A DNA stretch of 64,000 nt from Candidatus Magasanikbacteria bacterium CG11_big_fil_rev_8_21_14_0_20_39_34 (lineage in GTDB: Bacteria > Patescibacteriota > Patescibacteriia > Magasanikbacterales > UBA922), in assembly GCA_002787355.1 (NCBI GenBank), contig PCWN01000003.1, forward strand, positions 8,606 to 72,605, read 5' to 3'. Made by a program: the position numbers and the translations under genes. The notes under the pieces were generated by a model. That model searched no databases, was not told where the DNA came from, and was given only the letters and a program-made list of their open reading frames with translations. Shown in pieces: positions 20,447 to 31,833 of this stretch (positions within the stretch are counted from its first letter, which is position 1; each line of letters begins with the position of its first letter).

Positions 20447-20476
20447 AAACAGGCTTTTTTCAGCCTGTTTTTGTTT
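20447..20476 (+). terminator. rho-independent terminator after rpmE
   Basis: Stem AAACAGGCT/AGCCTGTTT followed by TTTTTGTTT. Confidence 0.55.
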
Positions 20477-20500
20477 GAAAAAATAATGTATCATAGAGCT

Positions 20501-21556
20501 ATGCTAGAAAAATACAAAGATATCAAAGAAAATTATCTTAAACTCCAAGAACAGCTTTCCGATCCAGCTGTTATTTCAGATAGTAAAAAACTTCAAGAGG
20601 TTTCCAAAGGATATAACGATATCAAGGAAACTGCAGAAAAAATTTCTGAACTTGAAAAAGCAGAGAAACAACTTCTTGAGACCAAAGAAATGATGACTCT
20701 TGATGAGAGTATGCGAGAACTTGGAGAAATAGAAGTTGAAACCCTTCAAAATTCTATTTTCTCTTTGGAAGAAGAACTCCGACAAATGACCCGTCCTACC
20801 GATCCTATGGACAAAAAGAATGTTATTGTGGAAATACGAGCCGGTGCAGGGGGAGATGAAGCAGGACTTTTTGCCGGTGACCTTTTCCGTATGTACTCAC
20901 GTTATGCAGAAAGAAAAAAATGGAAAATTAATCTGATATCTGAAAGCCAAAATGACTCCGGAGGTTACAAAGAAGTTATTTTCTCTGTTGAAGGACAAAA
21001 CATATACCGATATTTAAAGTATGAAATGGGAGTACACAGAGTACAAAGAATTCCAGAAACGGAAAAACAAGGACGCATCCATACCTCTACGGCCAGTGTT
21101 GCGGTATTGCCAGAGATTGAAGAAACAGAATTTGAAATACAAGACAAAGATCTGCGTATAGATACTTTTATGGCAGGTGGGAAAGGAGGACAAAGTGTCA
21201 ATACCACATATTCTGCAGTACGTATAACACATGCCCCAAGTGGAGTTGTGGTACAGTGTCAGGATGAGAGATCTCAACTGCAAAACAAAATTAAAGCCAT
21301 GAATGTTCTGCGAGCAAGACTCTATGAAATGGAACAAGAAAAACAGCAAGCAGAACTCGATGCAAAACGAAAAAGTCAGATTGGTTCTGCAGATCGTTCA
21401 GAAAAAATCCGTACATATAATTATCCTCAGGATAGAATTACCGATCATAGAATAAAAGAAAGCTGGAATAATATTACTTCTATTCTTGATGGTGACCTGG
21501 ATGATATGGTTACGGCTCTTATGCAAGCGGACTACGAAAAGATGGATACTATCTAA
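20501..21556 (+). CDS. prfA: peptide chain release factor 1
   Basis: GGQ motif ([16 protein letters not shown]). The RF1-type tripeptide region reads PET where P[AV]T is usual. N-terminus MLEKYKD.... Confidence 0.9.
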   Translation: MLEKYKDIKENYLKLQEQLSDPAVISDSKKLQEVSKGYNDIKETAEKISELEKAEKQLLETKEMMTLDESMRELGEIEVETLQNSIFSLEEELRQMTRPTDPMDKKNVIVEIRAGAGGDEAGLFAGDLFRMYSRYAERKKWKINLISESQNDSGGYKEVIFSVEGQNIYRYLKYEMGVHRVQRIPETEKQGRIHTSTASVAVLPEIEETEFEIQDKDLRIDTFMAGGKGGQSVNTTYSAVRITHAPSGVVVQCQDERSQLQNKIKAMNVLRARLYEMEQEKQQAELDAKRKSQIGSADRSEKIRTYNYPQDRITDHRIKESWNNITSILDGDLDDMVTALMQADYEKMDTI

Positions 21557-21589
21557 TTTTCCTTTCGTTATCAACTTTTTTTCAATCAA

Positions 21590-23044
21590 ATGCTTTTCTT
21601 TATTATCCTCTTGGGATTCCTTCTACGATTTATTTTTCTCATAAACAGAGGAACTTTTTGGTTTGACGAGCTCTTTTCTGTTCACTTCAGTTCACTCCCT
21701 TGGAAGGAAGCACTGCAGATGTGGACCCTTGAGACAAATCCCCCATTCCATACGTTTTTTCTAAGATACTTTATAAAAATATTTTCTGACTCTGAAATAA
21801 TTGTGCGTAGCACCTCTCTCTTTTTTGCATTGATAAGTATTTTTCTTCTTTATAAACTAGCTCTTCACCTTTTTGACAAAAAAACCGCCCTCTTTGCATC
21901 AACTCTTTTAGCGCTCTCGGGCACACATATTTTTGTAAGTACAGAAGCACGTGCCTACAGCCTCATTTTTATGCTCTCTATCTTTTCTTTTTTTCTTTTC
22001 TATACAATTTTTTATAAAGAAAATTTTAAAAAAAATTATTTTTATATATTTTCAATCGTGCAAACCTTGCTTTTCCTTTCTCATCTTACGATACTTCTTG
22101 TTCCTATAATACAGTTCCTTTCTTTGGCATCATTCCAGAAAAAAAAGGAGAACCTCTTACTCTTTTTGAAAGCACATATTTTTCCGATTCTCCTTTTCTT
22201 CATCTGGTTTGTTCCATCGGTCTTGGCTAAATGGAATCTTTCTACATTTAACGGATGGTTCTTCAACTATGATACAAAAATGGCAAATATTTTTACCACG
22301 TTTATTGCCTATTTTGTTGTTTCAGATGTCTCTTCATTTCTCCAAACATTGATAATCCTTTTACTTCTTGGGCTTCTTTTCTTTTTATACCACACTTTTT
22401 TAAGGAAACCCGCTCTGCGTCCGATTCTCGTATCCCTTATCCTTTGGGCATTTTTTCCAGCCTTACTTTCCAATCTTTTGGGTATCTATGTCCCCAAATA
22501 TTCACTTTTTGCACTTCCCGCACTTTATATTCTTATCGGGTATGCGATTTCACACATTGAAAATTCTACTTTACGACGAGCCTTTTTTTTAGTAATTTGT
22601 TTTCTTCATCTGGGTCCCCTGCTTGCACTTGTGTCCACTCCAGTGTATTCCGCATATAAGCATACGCAATACATTGAAAAACATGAAACAGAAAATAGTC
22701 TGGTCATGACGCTTCCTTTTCAAGAATCCCTTGTCCTCTCTCGTTACTTTAAGGGACATTCTCCTGTTATTGGATTTTATCCATACCCTGACCAAATGTC
22801 CCTTAATGAACGAATTGTTCGGCATAATTGGCAGTCGGCACCAATAGATGATGAGAAACTTGATGCGCTCATGAAGAGATACATTGCCAGTAAAAATATT
22901 GTTTTTTATACAACCTATCAAAAGAAAGATGATATGATCTACGACTGGTTTATAAAAAATGGCTGGACTGTTCAAGAAGGACCTGTCGCAGGAAATTACG
23001 TGTCTATATATTTATTTGAATTTCATGCGCCAGAAAACCATTAA
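21590..23044 (+). CDS. GT-C family glycosyltransferase (PMT_2/ArnT-like) integral membrane protein
   Basis: 484 aa, more than 10 TM segments, an N-terminal loop with a DE motif (WFDELFS), and ArnT/PMT-like topology. Confidence 0.6.
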   Translation: MLFFIILLGFLLRFIFLINRGTFWFDELFSVHFSSLPWKEALQMWTLETNPPFHTFFLRYFIKIFSDSEIIVRSTSLFFALISIFLLYKLALHLFDKKTALFASTLLALSGTHIFVSTEARAYSLIFMLSIFSFFLFYTIFYKENFKKNYFYIFSIVQTLLFLSHLTILLVPIIQFLSLASFQKKKENLLLFLKAHIFPILLFFIWFVPSVLAKWNLSTFNGWFFNYDTKMANIFTTFIAYFVVSDVSSFLQTLIILLLLGLLFFLYHTFLRKPALRPILVSLILWAFFPALLSNLLGIYVPKYSLFALPALYILIGYAISHIENSTLRRAFFLVICFLHLGPLLALVSTPVYSAYKHTQYIEKHETENSLVMTLPFQESLVLSRYFKGHSPVIGFYPYPDQMSLNERIVRHNWQSAPIDDEKLDALMKRYIASKNIVFYTTYQKKDDMIYDWFIKNGWTVQEGPVAGNYVSIYLFEFHAPENH

Positions 23045-23915
23045 ACAACTTTTGTCTCAGGCAACCACAAAATTGGATAGGCTAGATGCAGAAATTCTTT
23101 TGGCATTTGTTCTAAAAAAAGATCGTATCTTTCTCTTCACTCATGAAAATGATCCTGTGACTTTTTTTTCAAAATTAAAATTTTCCTCTCTTGTAAAAAA
23201 ACGCTTAAATCATGTTCCTGTTGCACAAATTCTTCAAAAAAAAGAGTTCTATGGAATACCTTTTTTGGTAAATAAACACACACTTATTCCAAGACCAGAA
23301 ACAGAAGAAATGATTGAAATCATTTTCAAAAAGTTCAAAGAAATTCATGAAAAAAAAATATTTTTTTTAGATGTTGGAACGGGCAGTGGATGTATTCCCA
23401 TTGCAGTTTCAAAAACGCTATTCAATGAAGCAGACGCTTTAAAAAAATCTCTTCAATTTTTTGCTTCAGACATTTCAAAAAAAGCACTTGCCCTTGCAGA
23501 GAAAAATTCCAAAATACAGCAAACTCCAATAACTTTTTTTCATGGAGATCTCCTCGATCCGTTTGCAAAACATATCAAACAGAATGATATCACACTTGAA
23601 TCTTCCTTTCTTTTTGTAACCGCGAATCTTCCCTACCTCACAGATGAGCAATTTCACTCTGAAGAATCAATACAAAAAGAACCTAAAAGTGCGCTTGTCG
23701 CAGATGACTCTGGTCTCGCATTCTATAAGAAGCTTCTTTTCCAAATTCATACATTTGTCAACTCCAAACCATGTAGGGTATGGTGTATTATGGAAATAAA
23801 TCCTGAACAAGCAAAACCCCTTGAGATATTTACATCCTCTCTTTTTCCAAATGCCAGAATAAAAATACATAAAGATCTTTCTTCAAATGAGAGATTCCTA
23901 TCCCTTAGCCTGTAG
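23025..23915 (+). CDS. prmC: release factor glutamine N5-methyltransferase
   Basis: VLIPRPETE, DVGTGSGCIPIA and the NLPY (NPPY-type) motif. Overlaps the 3' end of the glycosyltransferase gene. Confidence 0.85.
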   Translation: MRQKTIKQLLSQATTKLDRLDAEILLAFVLKKDRIFLFTHENDPVTFFSKLKFSSLVKKRLNHVPVAQILQKKEFYGIPFLVNKHTLIPRPETEEMIEIIFKKFKEIHEKKIFFLDVGTGSGCIPIAVSKTLFNEADALKKSLQFFASDISKKALALAEKNSKIQQTPITFFHGDLLDPFAKHIKQNDITLESSFLFVTANLPYLTDEQFHSEESIQKEPKSALVADDSGLAFYKKLLFQIHTFVNSKPCRVWCIMEINPEQAKPLEIFTSSLFPNARIKIHKDLSSNERFLSLSL

Positions 23916-23918
23916 TAT

Positions 23919-24389
23919 ATGCCCATATTTTACAATGCTCATTTTGAACAAATAGAAAAACCAAACCATAAGCCAGTACATATTCGTGCAGCAGGATATG
24001 CATTTATAGAACAAGAAGATAGTGTCCTTTTGATGAAACCTACGTGGTCAAAATTTTTTGAATGTCCCGGAGGAGGTATTGACCCAGGTGAATCGGTTAT
24101 TGAGGCTGTTATCCGAGAATGTAGGGAAGAAACAGGATATGATGTAGAAGTCAGCGATATCACTCCATTTACCGCCACAGAAAGTTTTTACGTCTCTCCG
24201 TCAAATGGGGAATTTTACCAAAATTATGGACTTTTTTTTACTGCAAAACTTCTCAACAATATACAAGATAAAACTGCTATTTTTGAATATGAAGTTGATA
24301 TGTTAAAATGGATACCAAAAAAAGATATTACCGAAGATATTATCCATCCAACACATTGGAAGGCACTAAAAATTATACTGAACAAATAA
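23919..24389 (+). CDS. NUDIX hydrolase
   Basis: Nudix box GGGIDPGESVIEAVIRECREETGY. Confidence 0.85.
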   Translation: MPIFYNAHFEQIEKPNHKPVHIRAAGYAFIEQEDSVLLMKPTWSKFFECPGGGIDPGESVIEAVIRECREETGYDVEVSDITPFTATESFYVSPSNGEFYQNYGLFFTAKLLNNIQDKTAIFEYEVDMLKWIPKKDITEDIIHPTHWKALKIILNK

Positions 24390-24399
24390 GAGGAACCCT

Positions 24400-24876
24400 A
24401 TGGCATTTCAACCACGCATGATACGAGGAGAACGTGCTGAACCATTTCCACAAGCAGATGTTGTTCGAGAAACCATTTTTGCAATAAGTGAAATAACTGA
24501 AAAACGCATTTTTACAGAAGCAGAAATACTTGGACTTATTGAACAGATAGCTTCTGAAGAAGGATATAAACTCAAAGACCTCCGTGTCAAACAGAAAGGC
24601 TATGATCAGAATGGAAACCTTGTTACCTTAATTGTTGTAGTCACACCAGAAAAAGCAAGATCACTTGGGGATGGAGAAACCGAATATGGCTATGTTCTTA
24701 AAGGGCGTCATGGTGGAAATTTTTCGGATACAAGTGTTCTCTACCGTACTTATAATATTTCCGATACTGACTACTGTGCAGGAGGAATTGTTGGCGAATA
24801 TATAAATGACGCATGGGTCATTACCCCACACGCCATGTCACATAAAGTTACACTTGAACCTTTAGATGAATCTTGA
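24400..24876 (+). CDS. hypothetical protein
   Basis: 158 aa with native composition and no recognisable motif. Confidence 0.45.
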   Translation: MAFQPRMIRGERAEPFPQADVVRETIFAISEITEKRIFTEAEILGLIEQIASEEGYKLKDLRVKQKGYDQNGNLVTLIVVVTPEKARSLGDGETEYGYVLKGRHGGNFSDTSVLYRTYNISDTDYCAGGIVGEYINDAWVITPHAMSHKVTLEPLDES

Positions 24877-24885
24877 ACAAATATT

Positions 24886-25950
24886 TTACTCAAACTCTAT
24901 GTCTGAAGTTTGAGGAACGATAGTAATCCAAATTTTTCCCGGATGAAGTGCTATTTCTTTGTCCTGTGCATCAAAGAAGCGAGTTCTCTCTTTTCTTCCT
25001 GTCTTTTTCCAAGTCCCCTCAATAACTTTTCCATTTTGGAATATAAGAACGTCTCCCTGACCAATAGTCTCTATTTTAAGACGCCCCACATCATCGATTA
25101 CCTGAGCCTGTACACTCTCTACGATAAGTGTGTCGGCAACAAAGGTTTCAGAATTGCCTTTCTCCGTTCTCTCATAGGTATTTTGGTCTTTTTGATATTC
25201 CCAAATTGGTTTGTAATAGGGTGATGAATACGTAATCTCCAAAGATTGTGCACAATCTTCTAAGCACTCGGTGGTAGAACTCACAGAATTTTTTTCAAAC
25301 ACCCAAGACTCTATGATAGTTTCGGTTTCTCCGCCATATTGCTCCCATGCCTTTTTGAGAAGATCACTTGAAGTGTAGGCATTGTGTGGAGCAAAGCGTG
25401 ATTGTGATCGCCAGAAAAACCATCCACGATAAAATTCATTGAGATCAAAGATTTGATAATTTTCAATGTCAATCAATGCCTCAGGAGATCCACCCACATG
25501 ACCATACAGGGCTCCATCATATTCTGAAATCCAATCAAGATAATAGGGACGCGCACTTCGCACCGGTCCAATCTGATCAACGTCGGTATCCCCCTCAAAA
25601 AGAGCAAGGAAACGAGTTATATTCCCCTCCACTGGAGCCTCATACACGACAGAAGCTTTCTCTAAACCAGAAAGAGGTCTTGCATCAATATGATTTTCTA
25701 TCATGACGGCACTTATGTGTTGTTGTTTTTCTTCAGCAAGACAAACTCCAGTAAGTGAATTCCTCCAAGGACAGCCATCTCCCTCCTGTGTGTTATGAGC
25801 ATCCCCCAATGATACAATCACTCCTTTTTTGGGTGCTGAAGTTCCCATGATAAAGAAATATAAAAGAATACATCCAAAGAAAAAAATAAGTCCTGCAATA
25901 GTGAACAAAACGGTACTTTGGCTTATTTTTTGTGTGGAAATTTTTTTCAT
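24886..25950 (-). CDS. DUF3048-like (YerB-like) secreted/lipoprotein
   Basis: N-terminal TM/signal. IENHIDARPLSGLEKASVVYEAPVEGNITRF matches the DUF3048 core. Confidence 0.55.
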   Translation of the reverse strand: MKKISTQKISQSTVLFTIAGLIFFFGCILLYFFIMGTSAPKKGVIVSLGDAHNTQEGDGCPWRNSLTGVCLAEEKQQHISAVMIENHIDARPLSGLEKASVVYEAPVEGNITRFLALFEGDTDVDQIGPVRSARPYYLDWISEYDGALYGHVGGSPEALIDIENYQIFDLNEFYRGWFFWRSQSRFAPHNAYTSSDLLKKAWEQYGGETETIIESWVFEKNSVSSTTECLEDCAQSLEITYSSPYYKPIWEYQKDQNTYERTEKGNSETFVADTLIVESVQAQVIDDVGRLKIETIGQGDVLIFQNGKVIEGTWKKTGRKERTRFFDAQDKEIALHPGKIWITIVPQTSDIEFE

Positions 25951-26034
25951 AATGTACGAACTATATCATAAAATCATAGAAAAACTCAAGAAAAAAATCC
26001 CGGGGATACCGGGATTTTTTTCTTCAGGCCAATC

Positions 26035-26691
26035 TTATTTCTTGTCCTCTGATTCTTCTTCTTTCTTTCCTTTCTTCTCAACCTCAACGTTCTCTACACT
26101 TGTAACGGCATTTTCACTATCCATAGCATCCAATTGCTCTTGGGTAAGTGGAGGAATCACTTTTGCTACCACTGTATCTGGTGCATCCGTAATAGTAATT
26201 CCTTCTCCGATGTTAATGTCTCCAATTTTAATGACATCATCAAAGGTTGCAAGAGTAGAAAGATCAATCTCAAAACTTGACACCAATGCTGTTGGCAAAC
26301 ATTTCACATTAACCATATCTACACCGGTAATCAAAGTACCACCCAATGTCTTTTCTGCAGGAGCAACTCCCACAAATTCAAGTGAAATACTTGCATGCAT
26401 TTCTTCACCCATCTTAATCTGACGAAAATCTGCATGAATGATCTTATGCTTTACTGGATCCATTTGGATATCCTGGATAAGCACCTTCACAGGTTCCTTT
26501 CCGTCAATACTTAGATCAATCAAGCTTGATTCTCCAGCCTCTTCAAAAAGCTTTTGAAATTCTGCAAATGAAACATCTAAAGAAATGTTTTCAACTCCGT
26601 GACCATACAAAACAGCGGGAATTCTTCCTTCGCTTCGCAATTCTTCAGGTTTAATATCGGTTCGGCTCTTTACTTGAATAGCAAATGTCAT
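26035..26691 (-). CDS. rplY: 50S ribosomal protein L25 / general stress protein Ctc
   Basis: RSEGRIPAVLYG plus beta-barrel and C-terminal domains, with an acidic/Lys-rich tail. Confidence 0.88.
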   Translation of the reverse strand: MTFAIQVKSRTDIKPEELRSEGRIPAVLYGHGVENISLDVSFAEFQKLFEEAGESSLIDLSIDGKEPVKVLIQDIQMDPVKHKIIHADFRQIKMGEEMHASISLEFVGVAPAEKTLGGTLITGVDMVNVKCLPTALVSSFEIDLSTLATFDDVIKIGDINIGEGITITDAPDTVVAKVIPPLTQEQLDAMDSENAVTSVENVEVEKKGKKEEESEDKK

Positions 26692-26693
26692 AC

Positions 26694-27047
26694 TTATTTA
26701 TGAACTAAATGAATAAATTTTGTAGGATTTTGGTCCAAGCACTCCGAGATATCAAGTATCCTATCGAGAGTCACTGGGCCATTTTTTTGTATCCTGAGAA
26801 CATCACTATGTTGAAGGTCTGTAACCAGTCCAAGAGAACTCATCCCTACACTGGAAATGACCACATAGGCCAAAATGGAGCGAGCACAGTCCTGACAACT
26901 CAGATGCAGCAGATTTGCCCCCGGAACCTGTTCCACAATGCGGATCTGCTCGAGTTTGTATTCTTGTGCACATACCGGGCACTCTTTGACTAATTTTAGC
27001 CCCAAGTTCCCTTCTGTCTTCTGAGGACGACTATTTTTATCTTCCAT
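26694..27047 (-). CDS. hypothetical Cys-rich small protein (possible zinc ribbon)
   Basis: CPVC...(24 aa)...CQDC pairs. Confidence 0.4.
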   Translation of the reverse strand: MEDKNSRPQKTEGNLGLKLVKECPVCAQEYKLEQIRIVEQVPGANLLHLSCQDCARSILAYVVISSVGMSSLGLVTDLQHSDVLRIQKNGPVTLDRILDISECLDQNPTKFIHLVHK

Positions 27048-27119
27048 AAAAGTAGCAAAAATATAACAAATACACAGTTCTTTGTCAAGATCTGTACAGA
27101 AAGTATATCATGAATAGAT

Positions 27120-28226
27120 TCAACGTCCAACTTTCCTACACCCCATGGAAATGCTTTCTGCCACAGCAATAAGCCCCATATTTGTAATGAGGGATGACCC
27201 ACCGTAGCTTAAAAATGGGAGAGTGATCCCAGTAAGTGGAAGAACACCCAAAGAAGCCCCAATATTTATTATAATTTGTATCACAAATACAGAAAATATA
27301 CCCAATAAGGTATAGGCCGAAAAATCATCGGAACAAATTTTTGCCAACCATACAATTCGTAAAAGAAGAATAGCATACAAAAAAATAACCATTGCAGCGC
27401 CAAAGAATCCTAATTCCTCACCAATAACCGAAAAAATAAAGTCGGACTGGGCTTCAGGGAGAAAATGTAACTGACTTTGAGACCCAAATCCAAGTCCCCT
27501 ACCAAATCCTTTTCCAGAACCAATTGCAATAATTGACTGCGTTATATTATACCCAGATCCCAAAGGATCCCGATCCGGGTAGAGAAAAGTAAAAAATCGT
27601 TCCTTCTGATATTCTTTAAAAAGAAAAAACCATGCCACCAAAAAAATAAGAAGAACACCCCCTATAAGAAGAAGCATCTTTTTCTTTGGTACTCGTGAAA
27701 ATATAAGAAGTCCAAACCAAATTCCTGAAAGTACAACCGCAGAACCTAAATCCGGTTGTAAAAGCACCAAACCAGCACATACGGCCATAAGCAGACCACT
27801 ATAGATAACAAAGACCCATGTATCATGCCGCCTCCTTTGTCTACTTATCCAATAACTCAAAAATATAATAAGAGCAAACTTTGCAAGCTCTGCCGGCTGA
27901 AAAGAAAATCCAAAAAAACGAAACCATCCCCTTGTTCCACGGATATCAACTCCAAAAAAAAGTACCGCTACCAATGCCAAAACAGCAATTATATAAAAAT
28001 ATTTTGCGTACGATTCGTAAAAAGTTTTATGCAAACTTCCTCCAACAAAAACAAGAATAACTCCTATTCCAATAGATAATGCCTGTGTTGGAAAAAAGGT
28101 AAGTTTATCGGCACGAGAAATATCTATACTATAAACTGCCAAAAGACCAATAATAGAAAGAATACACACCACCAAAAACATTATCCAATCAAACTTGCGT
28201 GCAAACACCAAGAGTTTATTCCACAT
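27120..28226 (-). CDS. SEDS family peptidoglycan glycosyltransferase (RodA/FtsW)
   Basis: 368 aa, about 10 TM segments, signature PEAQSDFIFSVIGEELGF. Confidence 0.88.
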   Translation of the reverse strand: MWNKLLVFARKFDWIMFLVVCILSIIGLLAVYSIDISRADKLTFFPTQALSIGIGVILVFVGGSLHKTFYESYAKYFYIIAVLALVAVLFFGVDIRGTRGWFRFFGFSFQPAELAKFALIIFLSYWISRQRRRHDTWVFVIYSGLLMAVCAGLVLLQPDLGSAVVLSGIWFGLLIFSRVPKKKMLLLIGGVLLIFLVAWFFLFKEYQKERFFTFLYPDRDPLGSGYNITQSIIAIGSGKGFGRGLGFGSQSQLHFLPEAQSDFIFSVIGEELGFFGAAMVIFLYAILLLRIVWLAKICSDDFSAYTLLGIFSVFVIQIIINIGASLGVLPLTGITLPFLSYGGSSLITNMGLIAVAESISMGCRKVGR

Positions 28227-28238
28227 AAGACACCAGAA

Positions 28239-29132
28239 CTACAGATCAATCTTCATGTAAACTGAACCATCAAAGACATTGGTTGTGGGTACAACTTCTA
28301 TATCACTGACTGATGAAATTCCCGTTCCAAAACGAAGATCCAACTCTTTTATTTCAAATGAACGAAAGTTATCAATATACAAGGGAAGGATACCCACAAG
28401 TTGTTCACCATTTAACAACTTAACATAAAATTCTGCTTCGTAAAAACTATATGCAGTTTCATTGGTGACTGAAAAACGTATACTATTATTTTGTAAACCA
28501 CTTCCCTGTGTACCGGCCTGAACAAAATGAAAATCTGAAAGTGAGAATGTATCTCGCGCTTTTGTATATTCAATAGCATCTGGGATATCATGCGGATCAA
28601 CCCGCCTCCATTCTACTTTTTGAATTTCCAGTCTCTCACCAAAAGGGAAAAAATCTTCTTGATGACCAAAAAAAGTTATAAACCTTTCCGCACCTGGAGG
28701 TAGCACTGCCTGAGAAACTTCTGTTGCACCACCGTTGTATACAAAGCGGTAGGTAATGCGTGCAATTTGTTTTTTGTTTGGATTGGTGACTTGTGCAAGA
28801 AAATCATATCGATCCTGTGTATGTGAATAAATTTCAGCCGGACGAATCCGAAGATTTTCTACAACAATTTTGTCATGAAGGGTACTAAAAGACTGAATCT
28901 CTGCAACTTGCAACTGCAAGTTTGTTTTATCTTGGAAATAGCCACTCAAGAAATACACAGCAAATCCCCCAACGCCATATATTCCCGTTACAAGGCAAAA
29001 AAAGATAAGCAAAGAGAGACCAATTTTTTGCAATAAGAGTTTATGACGAACATACCAGGTTGCTGCTTGTAACTCAGCATTGGTAAATTCGCCTGACGGA
29101 TCTTTATATTCTGAAAATTTATTATGAAACAT
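28239..29132 (-). CDS. hypothetical single-pass membrane protein upstream of SEDS gene
   Basis: The ORF runs to 29420, but that would overlap the gyrB promoter and start. The Met at 29132 precedes the TM helix (LSLLIFFCLVTGIYGVGGFAVYFLSGYF). Confidence 0.45.
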   Translation of the reverse strand: MFHNKFSEYKDPSGEFTNAELQAATWYVRHKLLLQKIGLSLLIFFCLVTGIYGVGGFAVYFLSGYFQDKTNLQLQVAEIQSFSTLHDKIVVENLRIRPAEIYSHTQDRYDFLAQVTNPNKKQIARITYRFVYNGGATEVSQAVLPPGAERFITFFGHQEDFFPFGERLEIQKVEWRRVDPHDIPDAIEYTKARDTFSLSDFHFVQAGTQGSGLQNNSIRFSVTNETAYSFYEAEFYVKLLNGEQLVGILPLYIDNFRSFEIKELDLRFGTGISSVSDIEVVPTTNVFDGSVYMKIDL

Positions 29133-29188
29133 TTTTGCAATTATTATCTTGTAATTATTATACCTAAAAATCGCATAAAAACAAAGGG

Positions 29189-29217
29189 TTGATTGTACCC
29201 CCCTTTCATGGTATACT
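29189..29217 (+). promoter_or_regulatory. sigma70-type promoter (TTGATT-17-TATACT) for gyrB
   Basis: Hexamers with a 17-nt spacer, 48 nt upstream of the gyrB ATG. Confidence 0.45.
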
Positions 29218-29243
29218 TTTCCTAGTTTTTCTGAAAAATATAA

Positions 29244-31316
<2,073 letters not shown>

Positions 31317-31340
31317 ATGAGAAAAATTTTATCAAAAAAA

Positions 31341-31366
31341 ATCTCGGGAAACCGAGATTTTTTTAT
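31341..31366 (+). terminator. rho-independent terminator after gyrB
   Basis: Stem ATCTCGG/CCGAGAT with loop GAAA, followed by TTTTTTT. Confidence 0.55.
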
Positions 31367-31370
31367 TCTT

Positions 31371-31411
31371 ACAAAACAATGGATATAAAAATTTTCTATG
31401 CATTGTTTTGT
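31371..31411. repeat. perfect 11-bp inverted repeat (ACAAAACAATG ... CATTGTTTTGT) with 19-nt loop
   Basis: Read directly from the sequence. Sits at the boundary between the gyrB terminator and G+C-rich island 3. Confidence 0.6.
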
Positions 31412-31452
31412 TTTGGTTCGGTGAGGAAAACCACCCTCCTTGTAGGTGGAAT

Positions 31453-31659
31453 TCATACGTTTGAGAAGGGTTCTGATGCAATGCACCAGCACACGGTATA
31501 GACCTCCCCCGTTTGAGGATCAATTTCTTGCCAACATTGAAGCTGCATTTCTTCTTGTGCATGTGCACGAGACATGTACAAGCACAGCACAATGATCATG
31601 ACAAGAATCCACAGCAATGCGCGAAACCATACATGATCAAACCACCGCTTGTTTCCCAC
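31453..31659 (-). CDS. small hypothetical membrane protein (distal gene of island 3)
   Basis: 68 aa with one TM helix. A TTGACA-17-TACTGT element lies upstream on the minus strand. Weakly supported. Confidence 0.3.
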   Translation of the reverse strand: MGNKRWFDHVWFRALLWILVMIIVLCLYMSRAHAQEEMQLQCWQEIDPQTGEVYTVCWCIASEPFSNV

Positions 31660-31833
31660 TGCCCACTCCCCGTTTGAAAATGACTCTCCACAACAGTATC
31701 AAGCGTTCTTGTTGGTGTCAAATTTTTTTCAATAAAAAAAACACAACGCTATATTAAAAAAAAAATTTTCAATACAAGGTTGTGTTTTGCTCGGCCAGAT
31801 GTGGGCGAAATGACCGAGCAGTGGTGGGTTTTT

